This document shows positions 1 through 9,215 of a stretch of 64,000 bases of DNA, piece by piece. Location: IMG/VR virus record IMGVR_UViG_3300027709_000056, positions 135,811 through 199,810 of that record; one strand, given 5' to 3'. The notes under the pieces are model-generated. The model saw only the letters and a list, made by a program, of their open reading frames with translations. It made no database searches and had not been told where the DNA came from. Positions within the stretch are counted from its first letter, which is position 1, and the number at the start of each line of letters is the position of its first letter. The position numbers were made by a program, and so were the translations under genes. This DNA comes from a virus.

Positions 1-287
1 GAATCTATTTCTTCTTGTTGTAGCAAATCTTCAGGCTTTCGTGGAATGTTATACTTGGCACAATAATGGTTAATGCCTTGTTTAACCATGGGTAACATCG
101 CTAGTTTCGTATCAATCGGATTGCCTGACTTTAAGTTGTCCTGCATACCAGCAATTGTTGGATAATATTGTTTACGATAAAACATAGGATCGTTCTTCAT
201 ATGAATATGAAGGTCCTCTACAACATTAAAGCCTAACTCTGGCTTCTCGGCTGGGTCTTGTTTATCTATAAATTCAGTTATTTTCAT
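1..287 (-). CDS. hypothetical protein, truncated by window edge
   Basis: Manual read: ATG at 287 (MKITEFIDKQDPAEKPELG...), open to base 1; starts 2 nt after the stop of the upstream mini-gene. Confidence 0.75.
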   Translation of the reverse strand, partial: MKITEFIDKQDPAEKPELGFNVVEDLHIHMKNDPMFYRKQYYPTIAGMQDNLKSGNPIDTKLAMLPMVKQGINHYCAKYNIPRKPEDLLQQEEID

Positions 288-289
288 AA

Positions 290-394
290 TTAGTCTTCTG
301 TCCTAGTACAGCATTCACAACGCATTTGAGAGGTGCATTCGCATGGATCACACGTACATCTATCGCTGGAACATTGGTCGTTATTACAAGCCAT
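290..394 (-). CDS. 34-aa Cys-rich metallothionein-like peptide (not in ORF track)
   Basis: Manual translation MACNNDQCSSDRCTCDPCECTSQMRCECCTRTED, 9 Cys; AGGAGG SD and TAAATA motif upstream. Confidence 0.8.
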   Translation of the reverse strand: MACNNDQCSSDRCTCDPCECTSQMRCECCTRTED

Positions 395-435
395 AACAAA
401 ATCCTCCTATATAGAGTATTTATCAGACTTAATGA

Positions 436-705
436 CTATACGGAAATTTCTACGTCGAAGTGATTGTAGCCTAAATCGAATAATTTATTGGCAATACGTT
501 CAGCTACTATTGTGGATTCGGAGTCTTTAAGGGCTTTATGTGTTTCTACAGTTAATACAAGTCCACCCTGTTCAGTTTCCATTAGTTGATAGTTTGTTTC
601 ATCTTCAAGTAATGCTTCATCGGCGCAATTAATAACTGCATCAGCAACTACTCCGTCTACATCATCAACTTTCTTTTCCCAAACTACGTTAATAAAGTGT
701 TTCAT
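436..705 (-). CDS. hypothetical acidic protein
   Basis: ORF in co-oriented gene string. Confidence 0.75.
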   Translation of the reverse strand: MKHFINVVWEKKVDDVDGVVADAVINCADEALLEDETNYQLMETEQGGLVLTVETHKALKDSESTIVAERIANKLFDLGYNHFDVEISV

Positions 706-714
706 GCTATATTC

Positions 715-1056
715 CTAATGATTTAACAGTATAGACGTTACTGTACCGGCTGTATATGTGACGTAAGCCCTAACAAATACAAAGTTGCCTGTAAAGTTCT
801 TAAAATAACTGTTTCCTGACCCTGATTCTTCTGTACCAGCAATATCTCCCCAATCAGCATCAACCGGCGTTGTTGCTAATGTACCCTGCATTTTAATAGT
901 ACCATTAAAATCGACAACATTATACTGAACAGTATGAAATCCATCTGCTCTACCATAATAGCCATCGCCTTTAAATGCTTCCCCAACTACTGTTTGAGGA
1001 GTACTATCTCCGGGATGTACATTCTGTGTTAAAATTGTTTCGCTTATACTGGACAT
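715..1056 (-). CDS. hypothetical, probably virion-associated beta-rich protein
   Basis: T/G/S-rich ORF; TAAATA directly upstream (1062-1067). Confidence 0.65.
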   Translation of the reverse strand: MSSISETILTQNVHPGDSTPQTVVGEAFKGDGYYGRADGFHTVQYNVVDFNGTIKMQGTLATTPVDADWGDIAGTEESGSGNSYFKNFTGNFVFVRAYVTYTAGTVTSILLNH

Positions 1057-1060
1057 ACTA

Positions 1061-1741
1061 TTATTTATCTATATCCTGCTTTACAATTATTGTGTCTACC
1101 CTACTAATATTGCCAGATAAAAATAACATAGCAAGAGTGAACACTTTTTCGTCACGTAGATATAGATATTTGCCCTTTACGTACCCTCGTTCGCCGATAG
1201 CTTTAAGAAGCCCTGGACTTACTCGTACTTTGTCTGGATTTGATTTTGCCCAGTCATAAAAATTAGGGTCAATTTTGCCAGATCCTAATGTTACTTTATA
1301 CTGGTACGCAAATGGAATATTTCTAACTAAAATATTCTTGTTTTCAAGGAGTAAATTTGCTGTAGATTCTGCTGGCTCGTAAAAATCACAAACACAATCG
1401 AGTTTTTTACCTATAAGTTTAAGCCATGTGTCATTATTTGAAAATATTCCAACTTTACGTTGTTCGCAACGCACCATAAAGTTTTCTGCTTCTTGGAATT
1501 GTGTTAATAAGTATTTTAAATCGTGTAATTCATCTACATTAATATCGATATGCCGTAAAGCATCTGCACACGTTTTATATTGTATTGGTTGGTCTTCTTC
1601 TTGATGTAATTGTAGTTCGTCGATCACTGCTCGGGCGTGGGTGAGATTTTTATTGCGGAATATAAATCCTAAAGGATTATATACTCCCAATTTATACAGA
1701 TACTTGTCATAGAATAATTTTTTAGTTTCATATTTTATCAT
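1061..1741 (-). CDS. hypothetical protein
   Basis: ORF 1061..1771; likely start at 1741 (MIKYETKK) behind GGGGAG SD. Confidence 0.75.
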   Translation of the reverse strand: MIKYETKKLFYDKYLYKLGVYNPLGFIFRNKNLTHARAVIDELQLHQEEDQPIQYKTCADALRHIDINVDELHDLKYLLTQFQEAENFMVRCEQRKVGIFSNNDTWLKLIGKKLDCVCDFYEPAESTANLLLENKNILVRNIPFAYQYKVTLGSGKIDPNFYDWAKSNPDKVRVSPGLLKAIGERGYVKGKYLYLRDEKVFTLAMLFLSGNISRVDTIIVKQDIDK

Positions 1742-1751
1742 GCATACTCCC

Positions 1752-4001
1752 CTAATGGATTGTATGTTCAACTTCTTCTATATTTAATACAAATTCCTTA
1801 TCTTTAACGGCTATGTTAACTTTTCCACCATCTTTTAATTTACCAAACAATAACATCTTAGATAATGGACGTTTAATATCATTATCTATAACTCGCTGTA
1901 ATGGCCTTGCACCCATTTTTTGACTAAAGCCTTTATCAACTAATACATCTATAGCTTCATCAGAAATAGTAATGTCAACATCTTTATCTTTTAACATAGT
2001 TTTTAATTGTACTAAGAACTTACCAACAATTTTTATCATTGTATTTTTATCTAATTTACTAAATGTAACAACACCATCTAATCTATTTCTAAACTCTGGT
2101 GGAAAGAATCGTTTAAGTTCAGCATCTTCAAAGTCAGGCTCTTCAGAACCAAATCCTATTAGTGTTTTTTCTGCGTCTTCGGCCCCTAAATTAGTTGTTA
2201 ATATTAAAATAATATTTCTACAATCTGCTGTTTTACCGTTACTACCTGTAATAAATCCGTTATCCATTATTTGTAATAACAATGAACTAACATCAGGGTG
2301 TGACTTTTCAATTTCGTCTAGTAATAAAACACAATTAGGTGTTTCTTGTAATGCTGTAATAAGTTGCCCTGCATTTTCTTCAAATCCTACATATCCTGGA
2401 GGTGAACCAATTAGTTTAGCAACAGAATGCTTCTCTTGGAATTCACTCATATCAAATCTAACAAGTTTTACACCTAGTTGGAATGCAAGTTGTCTAGCAG
2501 TTTCAGTTTTACCTATACCTGTTGGACCCATAAACACAAAAGAACCAATTGGTTTACGTTCTTCTTTAAGTCCTGCTTGGGCAACAAGAATTTTATCAAC
2601 TACATTTTTAAGAGCTTTATCTTGTCCATAAATTTCACCCTGAAGATTCTTCTCTAAATTAGCAAGATTACTTGTTTCTTTTTCTTTAATTTGCTCTTCA
2701 GGAAGATTAACCATTTTTGCTAATTCAAATTGTATTTCTTCGGCCTGAACAAATTTATTATCCGGAGTTGTAACTGATTTAATATTAAATCTAGAACAAG
2801 CACAATCAAGTAAGTCAATAGCTTTGTCAGGTAGCTTTTTATCTGTTTGATATTTGATGCTTAACTTAATTGCGGCATCAACAGCGTCTTCTGTAATAGT
2901 AGTATTATGAAATTCTTCATAATATTTTTTAATTCCCATTAAAATTTCTTTTGTAATTTCTTTACTAGGTTCATCAACAGTAACTCTAGCAAATCTACGC
3001 ATTAATGCCCTATCATTTTCAAAGTACTTGCGGAATTCTTCCCAAGTAGTAGATGCAACTACTTTAATATTGCCTCTAGTTAATACAGGTTTTAACATAT
3101 TTGCAAGATCGTTTGAACTGCTACTACCAGCCGCTCCTGCTCCACTAATCATATGTGCTTCGTCGATAAACACAATAGTTTTACCACGTTTCTTTAATGC
3201 TGTAATTACTAACTTAAAGCGTTCTTCAAAATCTCCTCTATACTTACTACCGGCTAACATAGAACCAATGTCTAAATTATAAACATTATATTCTTGTAAA
3301 AATACAGGACATTCTTTCTTTACAATTTTCCAAGCAAGTCCTTCTGCTATAGCAGTTTTACCTACACCAGGATCACCAACAAGTAATACATTATTCTTTG
3401 AACGTCTACCAAGTGCTAATGCAATTGTATCTAATTCTTCGTGTCTACCTACTACAGGATCAATTTTACCTGCATCAACTGATTGATTTAAGTTTGTTGT
3501 AAATGAACGTAATGCTCTAGTAGCCAATCCTGATACTTCTTCATCTTCATAATTGGCTTCTAATTCGTTGTTTAAATAATCTGCAAATTTAGTCTTATCA
3601 ACATCTGCTTTAGCAATATGAAAGTATGCCCATGATTTAGTTTCGTTCATCATACTAAGAAATACGTCTGATATTTCAATATGTTGTCGTCCACTAAACA
3701 ATACCTGTGTAAATGCTCTATTAAGAACACGTTCAACAGCATGAGTTTTCTTAGGCTTGTATTTTTTACCTTGAACTTCAGCAGTTTCGATAGCTTGTAA
3801 GTTGTTTTTTAGATAATGCTCAAGATTCTTTTTAATTAATTCGTGGTCAGTTCCGAATCCTTCTAAAATTTTTGCGAAGCTTTCCTCACAGAGCATGGCA
3901 AACAATAAATGTTCAATAGTTACGTATTCATGCTTTAACTTTTTTGAAACATCTACTGCTTTATCAAAAACCAACTGTAATTGTTCACTGGGTTCTACCA
4001 T
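1752..4001 (-). CDS. clpA: ATP-dependent Clp protease ATP-binding subunit ClpA
   Basis: Clp-N HEYVTIEHLL; two AAA+ modules GDPGVGKT and GPTGIGKT; IFIDEAH, LLLDEIEK, GSPPGYVG, MGARPL. Confidence 0.95.
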   Translation of the reverse strand: MVEPSEQLQLVFDKAVDVSKKLKHEYVTIEHLLFAMLCEESFAKILEGFGTDHELIKKNLEHYLKNNLQAIETAEVQGKKYKPKKTHAVERVLNRAFTQVLFSGRQHIEISDVFLSMMNETKSWAYFHIAKADVDKTKFADYLNNELEANYEDEEVSGLATRALRSFTTNLNQSVDAGKIDPVVGRHEELDTIALALGRRSKNNVLLVGDPGVGKTAIAEGLAWKIVKKECPVFLQEYNVYNLDIGSMLAGSKYRGDFEERFKLVITALKKRGKTIVFIDEAHMISGAGAAGSSSSNDLANMLKPVLTRGNIKVVASTTWEEFRKYFENDRALMRRFARVTVDEPSKEITKEILMGIKKYYEEFHNTTITEDAVDAAIKLSIKYQTDKKLPDKAIDLLDCACSRFNIKSVTTPDNKFVQAEEIQFELAKMVNLPEEQIKEKETSNLANLEKNLQGEIYGQDKALKNVVDKILVAQAGLKEERKPIGSFVFMGPTGIGKTETARQLAFQLGVKLVRFDMSEFQEKHSVAKLIGSPPGYVGFEENAGQLITALQETPNCVLLLDEIEKSHPDVSSLLLQIMDNGFITGSNGKTADCRNIILILTTNLGAEDAEKTLIGFGSEEPDFEDAELKRFFPPEFRNRLDGVVTFSKLDKNTMIKIVGKFLVQLKTMLKDKDVDITISDEAIDVLVDKGFSQKMGARPLQRVIDNDIKRPLSKMLLFGKLKDGGKVNIAVKDKEFVLNIEEVEHTIH

Positions 4002-4005
4002 TTAG

Positions 4006-4533
4006 TTACCTTCTATTATATAATTTATCATATTTTTTAAAGTACTTCTGTCGCTTCTTTTTAGCCATATTGAGCTTTAGCTTACTTACTCTATCTATAA
4101 AATTAATTCCGTATAAATGGTCGTATTCATGCCCAAATATTCTAGCATTCCAACCTTGTAACTCTATTGTACACTCTTTTTGCTTACTGTCAAGACAATC
4201 TATTATCAATCCAGCTGGACGTTTTACTTTAATATATAAAAAAGGAAAACTTAAACACCCTTCTTCACCTATAATTGTTTCTTCTGTTACGTGAGTTATT
4301 TTGGGATTAATTATAGCAAATGCTTTGTCATCTTCATAGCCTTTTAATTCTACAGGCTTCATAATAAAAATTTGTGCATCTAATTCTACTTGATTAGCCG
4401 CCAATCCGACACCGTGTTTCTCATCCATAATAGATATCATATCGCGTTCTATATCTAAAGCATTATGCTCAGTAAAATCAAACGGCTTTACTGTTTTTTC
4501 TAACCAACTATTTGGAGCTTCTATTAATTTCAT
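4006..4533 (-). CDS. def: peptide deformylase
   Basis: GVGLAANQV, EGCLS and HEYDHL motifs. Confidence 0.95.
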   Translation of the reverse strand: MKLIEAPNSWLEKTVKPFDFTEHNALDIERDMISIMDEKHGVGLAANQVELDAQIFIMKPVELKGYEDDKAFAIINPKITHVTEETIIGEEGCLSFPFLYIKVKRPAGLIIDCLDSKQKECTIELQGWNARIFGHEYDHLYGINFIDRVSKLKLNMAKKKRQKYFKKYDKLYNRR

Positions 4534-5378
4534 CGTAATAAGTTTTTTAATTTTTTTTGTGTTTGTTTGTCGTTAATATTAGGTGTAATGCCATTAATCT
4601 TAATAAACAATGACCCAGTTCTTCTAGTTCTATGATCTGGTAACCCTTGTTCGTGTACACTAAACGTTGTACCAGGGTTTGAACCAGCCGGGATTTGTAC
4701 ATTTAATTTCTTTCCATGGATTGTGTCAACGGCAATACTTGTGCCTTGGATAAGATCAATAACATCAACATTTTTATTTACATAAAGGTCTATACCATCT
4801 ACATCATATATGGGGTGTTTCTTTACACGTATTTTAACATGAAGATCCCCTGGTTGTCTACCTGGAAAGTACTCATTTCCACCCATACCTCTAAAATTTA
4901 TTGTATCTCCAGGGCGTACTCCTCTAGGTATATCAATATTAACTGTATGCTCTTGTCCATTCTGTTGCCTAAATGATGCAATAAAACTTTTACCTGTTAT
5001 AATATCTTCTAATTCAATATCTGCGGCTATTGTTACATTTTGATTTCGTCTTTGTTGAAAGCCACGTCCGAAAAATGGATTATCGCCTCCATTAAACATT
5101 TGGTCAAATATATCTCCTACGTTAATGTTATCACCATGAAAATGATATTGTTGTCCTTGAGGTCTATGTTGGTGTGGATCAGTAGTACCGAATTGATCGT
5201 ACATTGATTTTTTCTGTGGATCTTTTAAAGTATCGTATGCTTCGTTAATTCGTTTGAATTGTTCTTCGTTTCCACCTCGGTCAGGATGGTGCGTCATCGC
5301 TTTTTTCTTAAAAGCGTTTTTAATATCCGTTTCTGAAGCATTTCGAGGAATCTCTAGTATGTCATAGTAATTTGCCAT
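4530..5378 (-). CDS. dnaJ: DnaJ-family co-chaperone, class II/CbpA-like (no zinc finger)
   Basis: J-domain YYDILE...HHPDRGG and C-terminal GDLHVKI...GLP region; no CxxCxGxG repeats. Confidence 0.92.
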   Translation of the reverse strand: MANYYDILEIPRNASETDIKNAFKKKAMTHHPDRGGNEEQFKRINEAYDTLKDPQKKSMYDQFGTTDPHQHRPQGQQYHFHGDNINVGDIFDQMFNGGDNPFFGRGFQQRRNQNVTIAADIELEDIITGKSFIASFRQQNGQEHTVNIDIPRGVRPGDTINFRGMGGNEYFPGRQPGDLHVKIRVKKHPIYDVDGIDLYVNKNVDVIDLIQGTSIAVDTIHGKKLNVQIPAGSNPGTTFSVHEQGLPDHRTRRTGSLFIKINGITPNINDKQTQKKLKNLLR

Positions 5379-5421
5379 ACTAGTACTTATCTTAACAATT
5401 AATGATAGTTAAAAATGCTGA

Positions 5422-5739
5422 TTATTTGCGTTTGGGCATTGATGCACCAGGCTTACCAACATACAATCCAAAGAATGCCGCGCCAGCACCAACTATAGTT
5501 GAGATAAACATAGCTTGAGAATTAGTTGGATCTGGTAAAGCCATAAACCATGTAACTGATTGATAGAATGCCATGATGTAAGCTAACATAATTAGTCTAG
5601 GTATAACTCTAAACTTATCAAGAACGCCAGCTGTTTGATTATACCAAGTACCGTCTTCGTCACCAGATGCAGGAACTAAATCTGCTTTATCTAATTCATA
5701 TTCCCGACTAGTTTCTTTTACTTGAATTTTATCACTCAC
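5422..5739 (-). CDS. hypothetical two-TM membrane protein
   Basis: Two hydrophobic segments (RLIMLAYIMAFY..., AMFISTIVGAGAAFFGLYV). Confidence 0.75.
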   Translation of the reverse strand: MSDKIQVKETSREYELDKADLVPASGDEDGTWYNQTAGVLDKFRVIPRLIMLAYIMAFYQSVTWFMALPDPTNSQAMFISTIVGAGAAFFGLYVGKPGASMPKRK

Positions 5740-6143
5740 TTCTTGTCTCCATTTTTAATTTTTTTAATCTCTTCGCGATTATCATGAATCGCTGATCTAT
5801 TATTATGAGGAGTATGATCAAAAACAACTTTTTCTAATTTTAGAAATGGTATTCTATCATTGGGTACATAACGCCAAATATAGTCGCCATCCCATTCACC
5901 ACCTGTTTTAGTAATACCGAATACAGTTTCAGTCATTCCTATTTTAACAATTAAAGCTCTTTCGCCATCGAGTATAACTTTATCACCTTCTTTAAATTGT
6001 GGGTTTAATTTAAATGCTATACCTTTGGCAAGTTTAGTAGCCCAGTCTTTAAACCAAATAGCTATCATGATGGAGATTAGAATTCCTATCCACGGCATCA
6101 TTACATCTGTCAACTGTAAGGACAGGTCGTTTAATTCATTCAT
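5736..6143 (-). CDS. small MscS-like (MS_channel beta-domain) membrane protein
   Basis: One TM followed by FKEGDKVILDGERALIVKIGMTET, resembling MscS F.vGD.I.i.g..G.V..Ig...T. Confidence 0.6.
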   Translation of the reverse strand: MNELNDLSLQLTDVMMPWIGILISIMIAIWFKDWATKLAKGIAFKLNPQFKEGDKVILDGERALIVKIGMTETVFGITKTGGEWDGDYIWRYVPNDRIPFLKLEKVVFDHTPHNNRSAIHDNREEIKKIKNGDKK

Positions 6144-6388
6144 TATTTTTTCTCCAACTTGTTAATGCGTTTTTCCATAGCCTCTAGTTTTTCTTTAAGA
6201 ATAGGGAATTTTTTCATCTGCTTTTCTTCGTCTGTTATCAGTTTTATGTGGTAGCGTTTTGCCGCCCAAGTGTATAATTCATCTATTTTATTATAAAACC
6301 AGACACCTAGTTTTGTGCCGCGAAACCATTTTTCAGTTGCGCCGCCTAAAATACTTCCTGCAATAGCTTTTATAAGAAAAAACCACAT
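6143..6388 (-). CDS. hypothetical protein
   Basis: ORF with GGAG SD and TAAATA at 6414-6419. Confidence 0.75.
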   Translation of the reverse strand: MWFFLIKAIAGSILGGATEKWFRGTKLGVWFYNKIDELYTWAAKRYHIKLITDEEKQMKKFPILKEKLEAMEKRINKLEKK

Positions 6389-6431
6389 ATTTGCTCCTTT
6401 AATAATATACTATTATTTATCAGGATGTGGT

Positions 6432-7145
6432 TTATGGAATAACGTTGGTACTGCCACCTCGATCGGTAGGTAATTGCTGTTCTTGTGTGTTATTATTAGT
6501 ATCTGGGGTACCATCAGGGGATACTAAAGACTCTCCCCCGAGCCAACCGTCAGCTGTTGGTTCATTAAGAGGTACTGGTTCTGGTTCTTTATATGTTTTT
6601 TCAAGTTTAAAGTTTTCTGGTAGTATGTATGGAACAAATTTTTGACGTTCTTCGTTTGTACCTGTATGTGATTCGCCTTTGCCTTTTTTCTTACCAATTT
6701 TTACAGCTATTGTTCCGCCTTTACGTTGTTCGTCAAGACCCCTTAATTGCTTATGCATTTGTCTAGTATATGGTATAACCCAAGCTCGTGGTACAGTAGT
6801 ATTAACCACTAATCCTAACTTATCTATCCATTCCATTTTTTTATCTTCTTCTTTTTTAGGTATTAACCACAAAAAGATGTTACCCTTATTACCAGTTTTA
6901 GGGTTAGGTTCTACAATATAAGAGCCAACAAGGTAATAACTTTCGTTATTAGGGTGTGCATTATACGGAAAGCCATATATTGCTCTTAATCCTATCCAAG
7001 CACTTGATATAGATAATAATAGTGTTATAGTAACTATAGCTTTAACAAACCATCTAGATCTAGATGCAGTAATAAAGATCCATAAGGTTAATGCACCAAG
7101 TAATAATAGTACAAATACTAAAAAGATGTGTCCTTGTATAATCAT
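6432..7145 (-). CDS. membrane protein, third gene of MotA/MotB-like operon
   Basis: Two N-terminal TM helices; start abuts stop of the upstream gene. Confidence 0.75.
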   Translation of the reverse strand: MIIQGHIFLVFVLLLLGALTLWIFITASRSRWFVKAIVTITLLLSISSAWIGLRAIYGFPYNAHPNNESYYLVGSYIVEPNPKTGNKGNIFLWLIPKKEEDKKMEWIDKLGLVVNTTVPRAWVIPYTRQMHKQLRGLDEQRKGGTIAVKIGKKKGKGESHTGTNEERQKFVPYILPENFKLEKTYKEPEPVPLNEPTADGWLGGESLVSPDGTPDTNNNTQEQQLPTDRGGSTNVIP

Positions 7146-7810
7146 TAATTGTCTCCCTGGGAATCTAAGCCACCCATACCTTGAACTATTTGGTAAGGTA
7201 ATTCATTAATATCTGTAATTTTGCCATCTTCGTCTACAGTAAATCTAAGAACAGTTTTTTCTTCACCTTTTATAGTTAACATTACTTCTTTAATATAAAC
7301 GACACCATATGGGTTTAATTTTTCAACATTAACCCTTACAGGTATTATTTCAAAATAATCATTTTTTGCAACATCGTGTCTAGGAGTACGTCTATATAAA
7401 TGTACGTTTACAATATATTCTCCAGGAATGATGCCTCTAATTGTTACGTGTTCTATATTTTGACGGACATAAATTTTGTCGCCAGATGTAGTTGTAATAG
7501 TGTCATTAGATCTACCTAAGTCATCTCTATCTAGATTCATTAAGCCACGATCTTTTTGTTTAAAGCCAACTATATTGCCAGCCGGGTCTTTGACCCAAGT
7601 ATCAATATCGTCTGCACTATTATCAGGCCAGCTAGTTGTTATAATAAATTCTGCAATTACTTCTACATTAGATTTTTTAGCAACTGGATTTATTAAGATA
7701 AAAGCTAAAACAAAAAGGAAAACAAAACCCACTAAGGTATTAAATAGCAAATCAATAAATGCTATTTGGGAACCGTATGTTCTAATTCGATCAAGTCGAA
7801 GAAATCTCAT
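7145..7810 (-). CDS. MotB/ExbD-like single-TM protein with YfaP/DUF2135-like soluble domain
   Basis: TM with intramembrane Asp (AFIDLLFNTLVGFVFLFVL); WP...DIDTWVKDP...LDRDDLG...GEYIVNVHLY pattern. Confidence 0.65.
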   Translation of the reverse strand: MRFLRLDRIRTYGSQIAFIDLLFNTLVGFVFLFVLAFILINPVAKKSNVEVIAEFIITTSWPDNSADDIDTWVKDPAGNIVGFKQKDRGLMNLDRDDLGRSNDTITTTSGDKIYVRQNIEHVTIRGIIPGEYIVNVHLYRRTPRHDVAKNDYFEIIPVRVNVEKLNPYGVVYIKEVMLTIKGEEKTVLRFTVDEDGKITDINELPYQIVQGMGGLDSQGDN

Positions 7811-8321
7811 TCCTGTACCTTTCGAGGTCTTGTTGGAGCCTAAAGTACTGGAATTTTAATAGTGTGCTTGTTATTAAACCGGTAAGTGTAGTGTAAAGAG
7901 CAGTAGACATTCCTACTGCCATGTTTGCCAGTGCTTGTTGAACTGATGATACATCTGATATATTGATTCCATGAAATGCTCCTGCTAACATCAATATGAA
8001 ACCAGCAACAGTACCAATTAGCCCCATTGTTAATAAAACATCCGAAGCGAACCATCCTGTTTCGTGTCGAATGTCTACGTTTTTAATTTCGTCTAATTCT
8101 TTATTTGCTAGTTTACTTAACAACCAGGATTCATAACCGCAATGAACTGTCATACCATAGAAGATGGCCAAGATGAAAAACGATAGTTTCGTTTTATCTT
8201 GTATCCAAAGAGTAGTGTGTACGTCGAATAAAAATAGCCCTATAGTCGCAACTATTAATAAACTGAAGAACCACCACCACTTCAAGAAGATAGTGTGTTT
8301 CCTAATAGTCGATATGTCCAT
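7791..8321 (-). CDS. MotA/TolQ/ExbB proton-channel family protein
   Basis: MGLIGTVAGFILML and GMSTALYTTLTGL helices typical of the ExbB/MotA channel. Confidence 0.8.
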   Translation of the reverse strand: MDISTIRKHTIFLKWWWFFSLLIVATIGLFLFDVHTTLWIQDKTKLSFFILAIFYGMTVHCGYESWLLSKLANKELDEIKNVDIRHETGWFASDVLLTMGLIGTVAGFILMLAGAFHGINISDVSSVQQALANMAVGMSTALYTTLTGLITSTLLKFQYFRLQQDLERYRNEISST

Positions 8322-8365
8322 GACAATAGTATTTAGTTTTTTTTATTCCGGGTGGTCTTATTAAG

Positions 8366-8393
8366 AAAAAAATAGGCATAAGATATGCCTATT
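8366..8393 (-). terminator. rho-independent terminator after spanin genes
   Basis: Minus strand AATAGGCATA-TCT-TATGCCTATT followed by a T run. Confidence 0.8.
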
Positions 8394-8407
8394 AAGTATA
8401 TAGATAA

Positions 8408-8794
8408 TTATTTTTTATTTTTATCGTCTTCGGATTCGTAATATTCTTTGTACTGATTAATTATTTCTCTTTGTTTAATAATATATGCTCTTATTTGTGC
8501 AAAATTTATACTAAGAGTTTCATAACCTTCATCTGTGAGTCCGAACAGAACTGGATCGTGACCAGATTGTTTAACCTTTTCAAGAACTTCTGAAGCATTT
8601 TCTGAATTAATTATATACCACTTTAAATCCTCTACTTTAAGCGGATCAGGAAGTTCTAGGTTGAGCGGTTGACGTTCAACTTCTGTTTTAAAAATGTCCA
8701 GCTTTTTTACGGTACTACAACTAGTTGTAAGGAACGTAATTGGGATTAGCAATACTAGGACACTCAGGATTGATCTGAGACTTCTTCGTTGCAT
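8408..8794 (-). CDS. o-spanin-like lipoprotein
   Basis: Signal peptide ending FLTTSC (lipobox-like), Pro-rich segment; overlaps the 3' end of the i-spanin-like gene. Confidence 0.65.
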   Translation of the reverse strand: MQRRSLRSILSVLVLLIPITFLTTSCSTVKKLDIFKTEVERQPLNLELPDPLKVEDLKWYIINSENASEVLEKVKQSGHDPVLFGLTDEGYETLSINFAQIRAYIIKQREIINQYKEYYESEDDKNKK

Positions 8795-9215
8795 TTTTCT
8801 CTTTCTCCGTTAAAGGTGAACCTGTAGCGATTTCAAAACATCTATTCGCATTTGCGGTACCTTTGTTAATGACTTTTTCCATAATTTTTGCTTTTTTAAG
8901 AGCAAGGGCGCCTACATCACGCTTTTTGCCTGATGCATTTACTTTATTAAATTTTTCTTCTGTATCTGCTAGTTCTTTAGCAAGTGTTAAGTTTGTTTCT
9001 TGTAATTTTTTACTAATTTCTTGTTGTTTTTTAAAATCAGCTTGTACTTGTTCTATAACAGCTCTTTGATCAGAAATGCTTTGTTCTAATTTCATATTAT
9101 TAGCTTCACTAACAGCCAGGTCAGCTTTAAGTGTTTTTACATACACATAAGCACCACCAATACCGCTGAGTATTGCTAATATTATTAAAATTTTAACGGT
9201 ACTAAATATTCCCAT
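8721..9215 (-). CDS. i-spanin-like protein
   Basis: N-terminal TM, long coiled coil, two C-terminal Cys; TAATG-coupled to the ACP-like gene. Confidence 0.65.
   Translation of the reverse strand: MGIFSTVKILIILAILSGIGGAYVYVKTLKADLAVSEANNMKLEQSISDQRAVIEQVQADFKKQQEISKKLQETNLTLAKELADTEEKFNKVNASGKKRDVGALALKKAKIMEKVINKGTANANRCFEIATGSPLTEKEKNATKKSQINPECPSIANPNYVPYN

Noticed and set aside
1972-3282. Long plus-strand ORFs opposite clpA, and similar ones opposite ligase, fibre and peptidase genes (e.g. 30147..30623, 33430..33831, 47736..48155)
   Set aside because: Antisense shadows of real genes, with no RBS or recognisable motif
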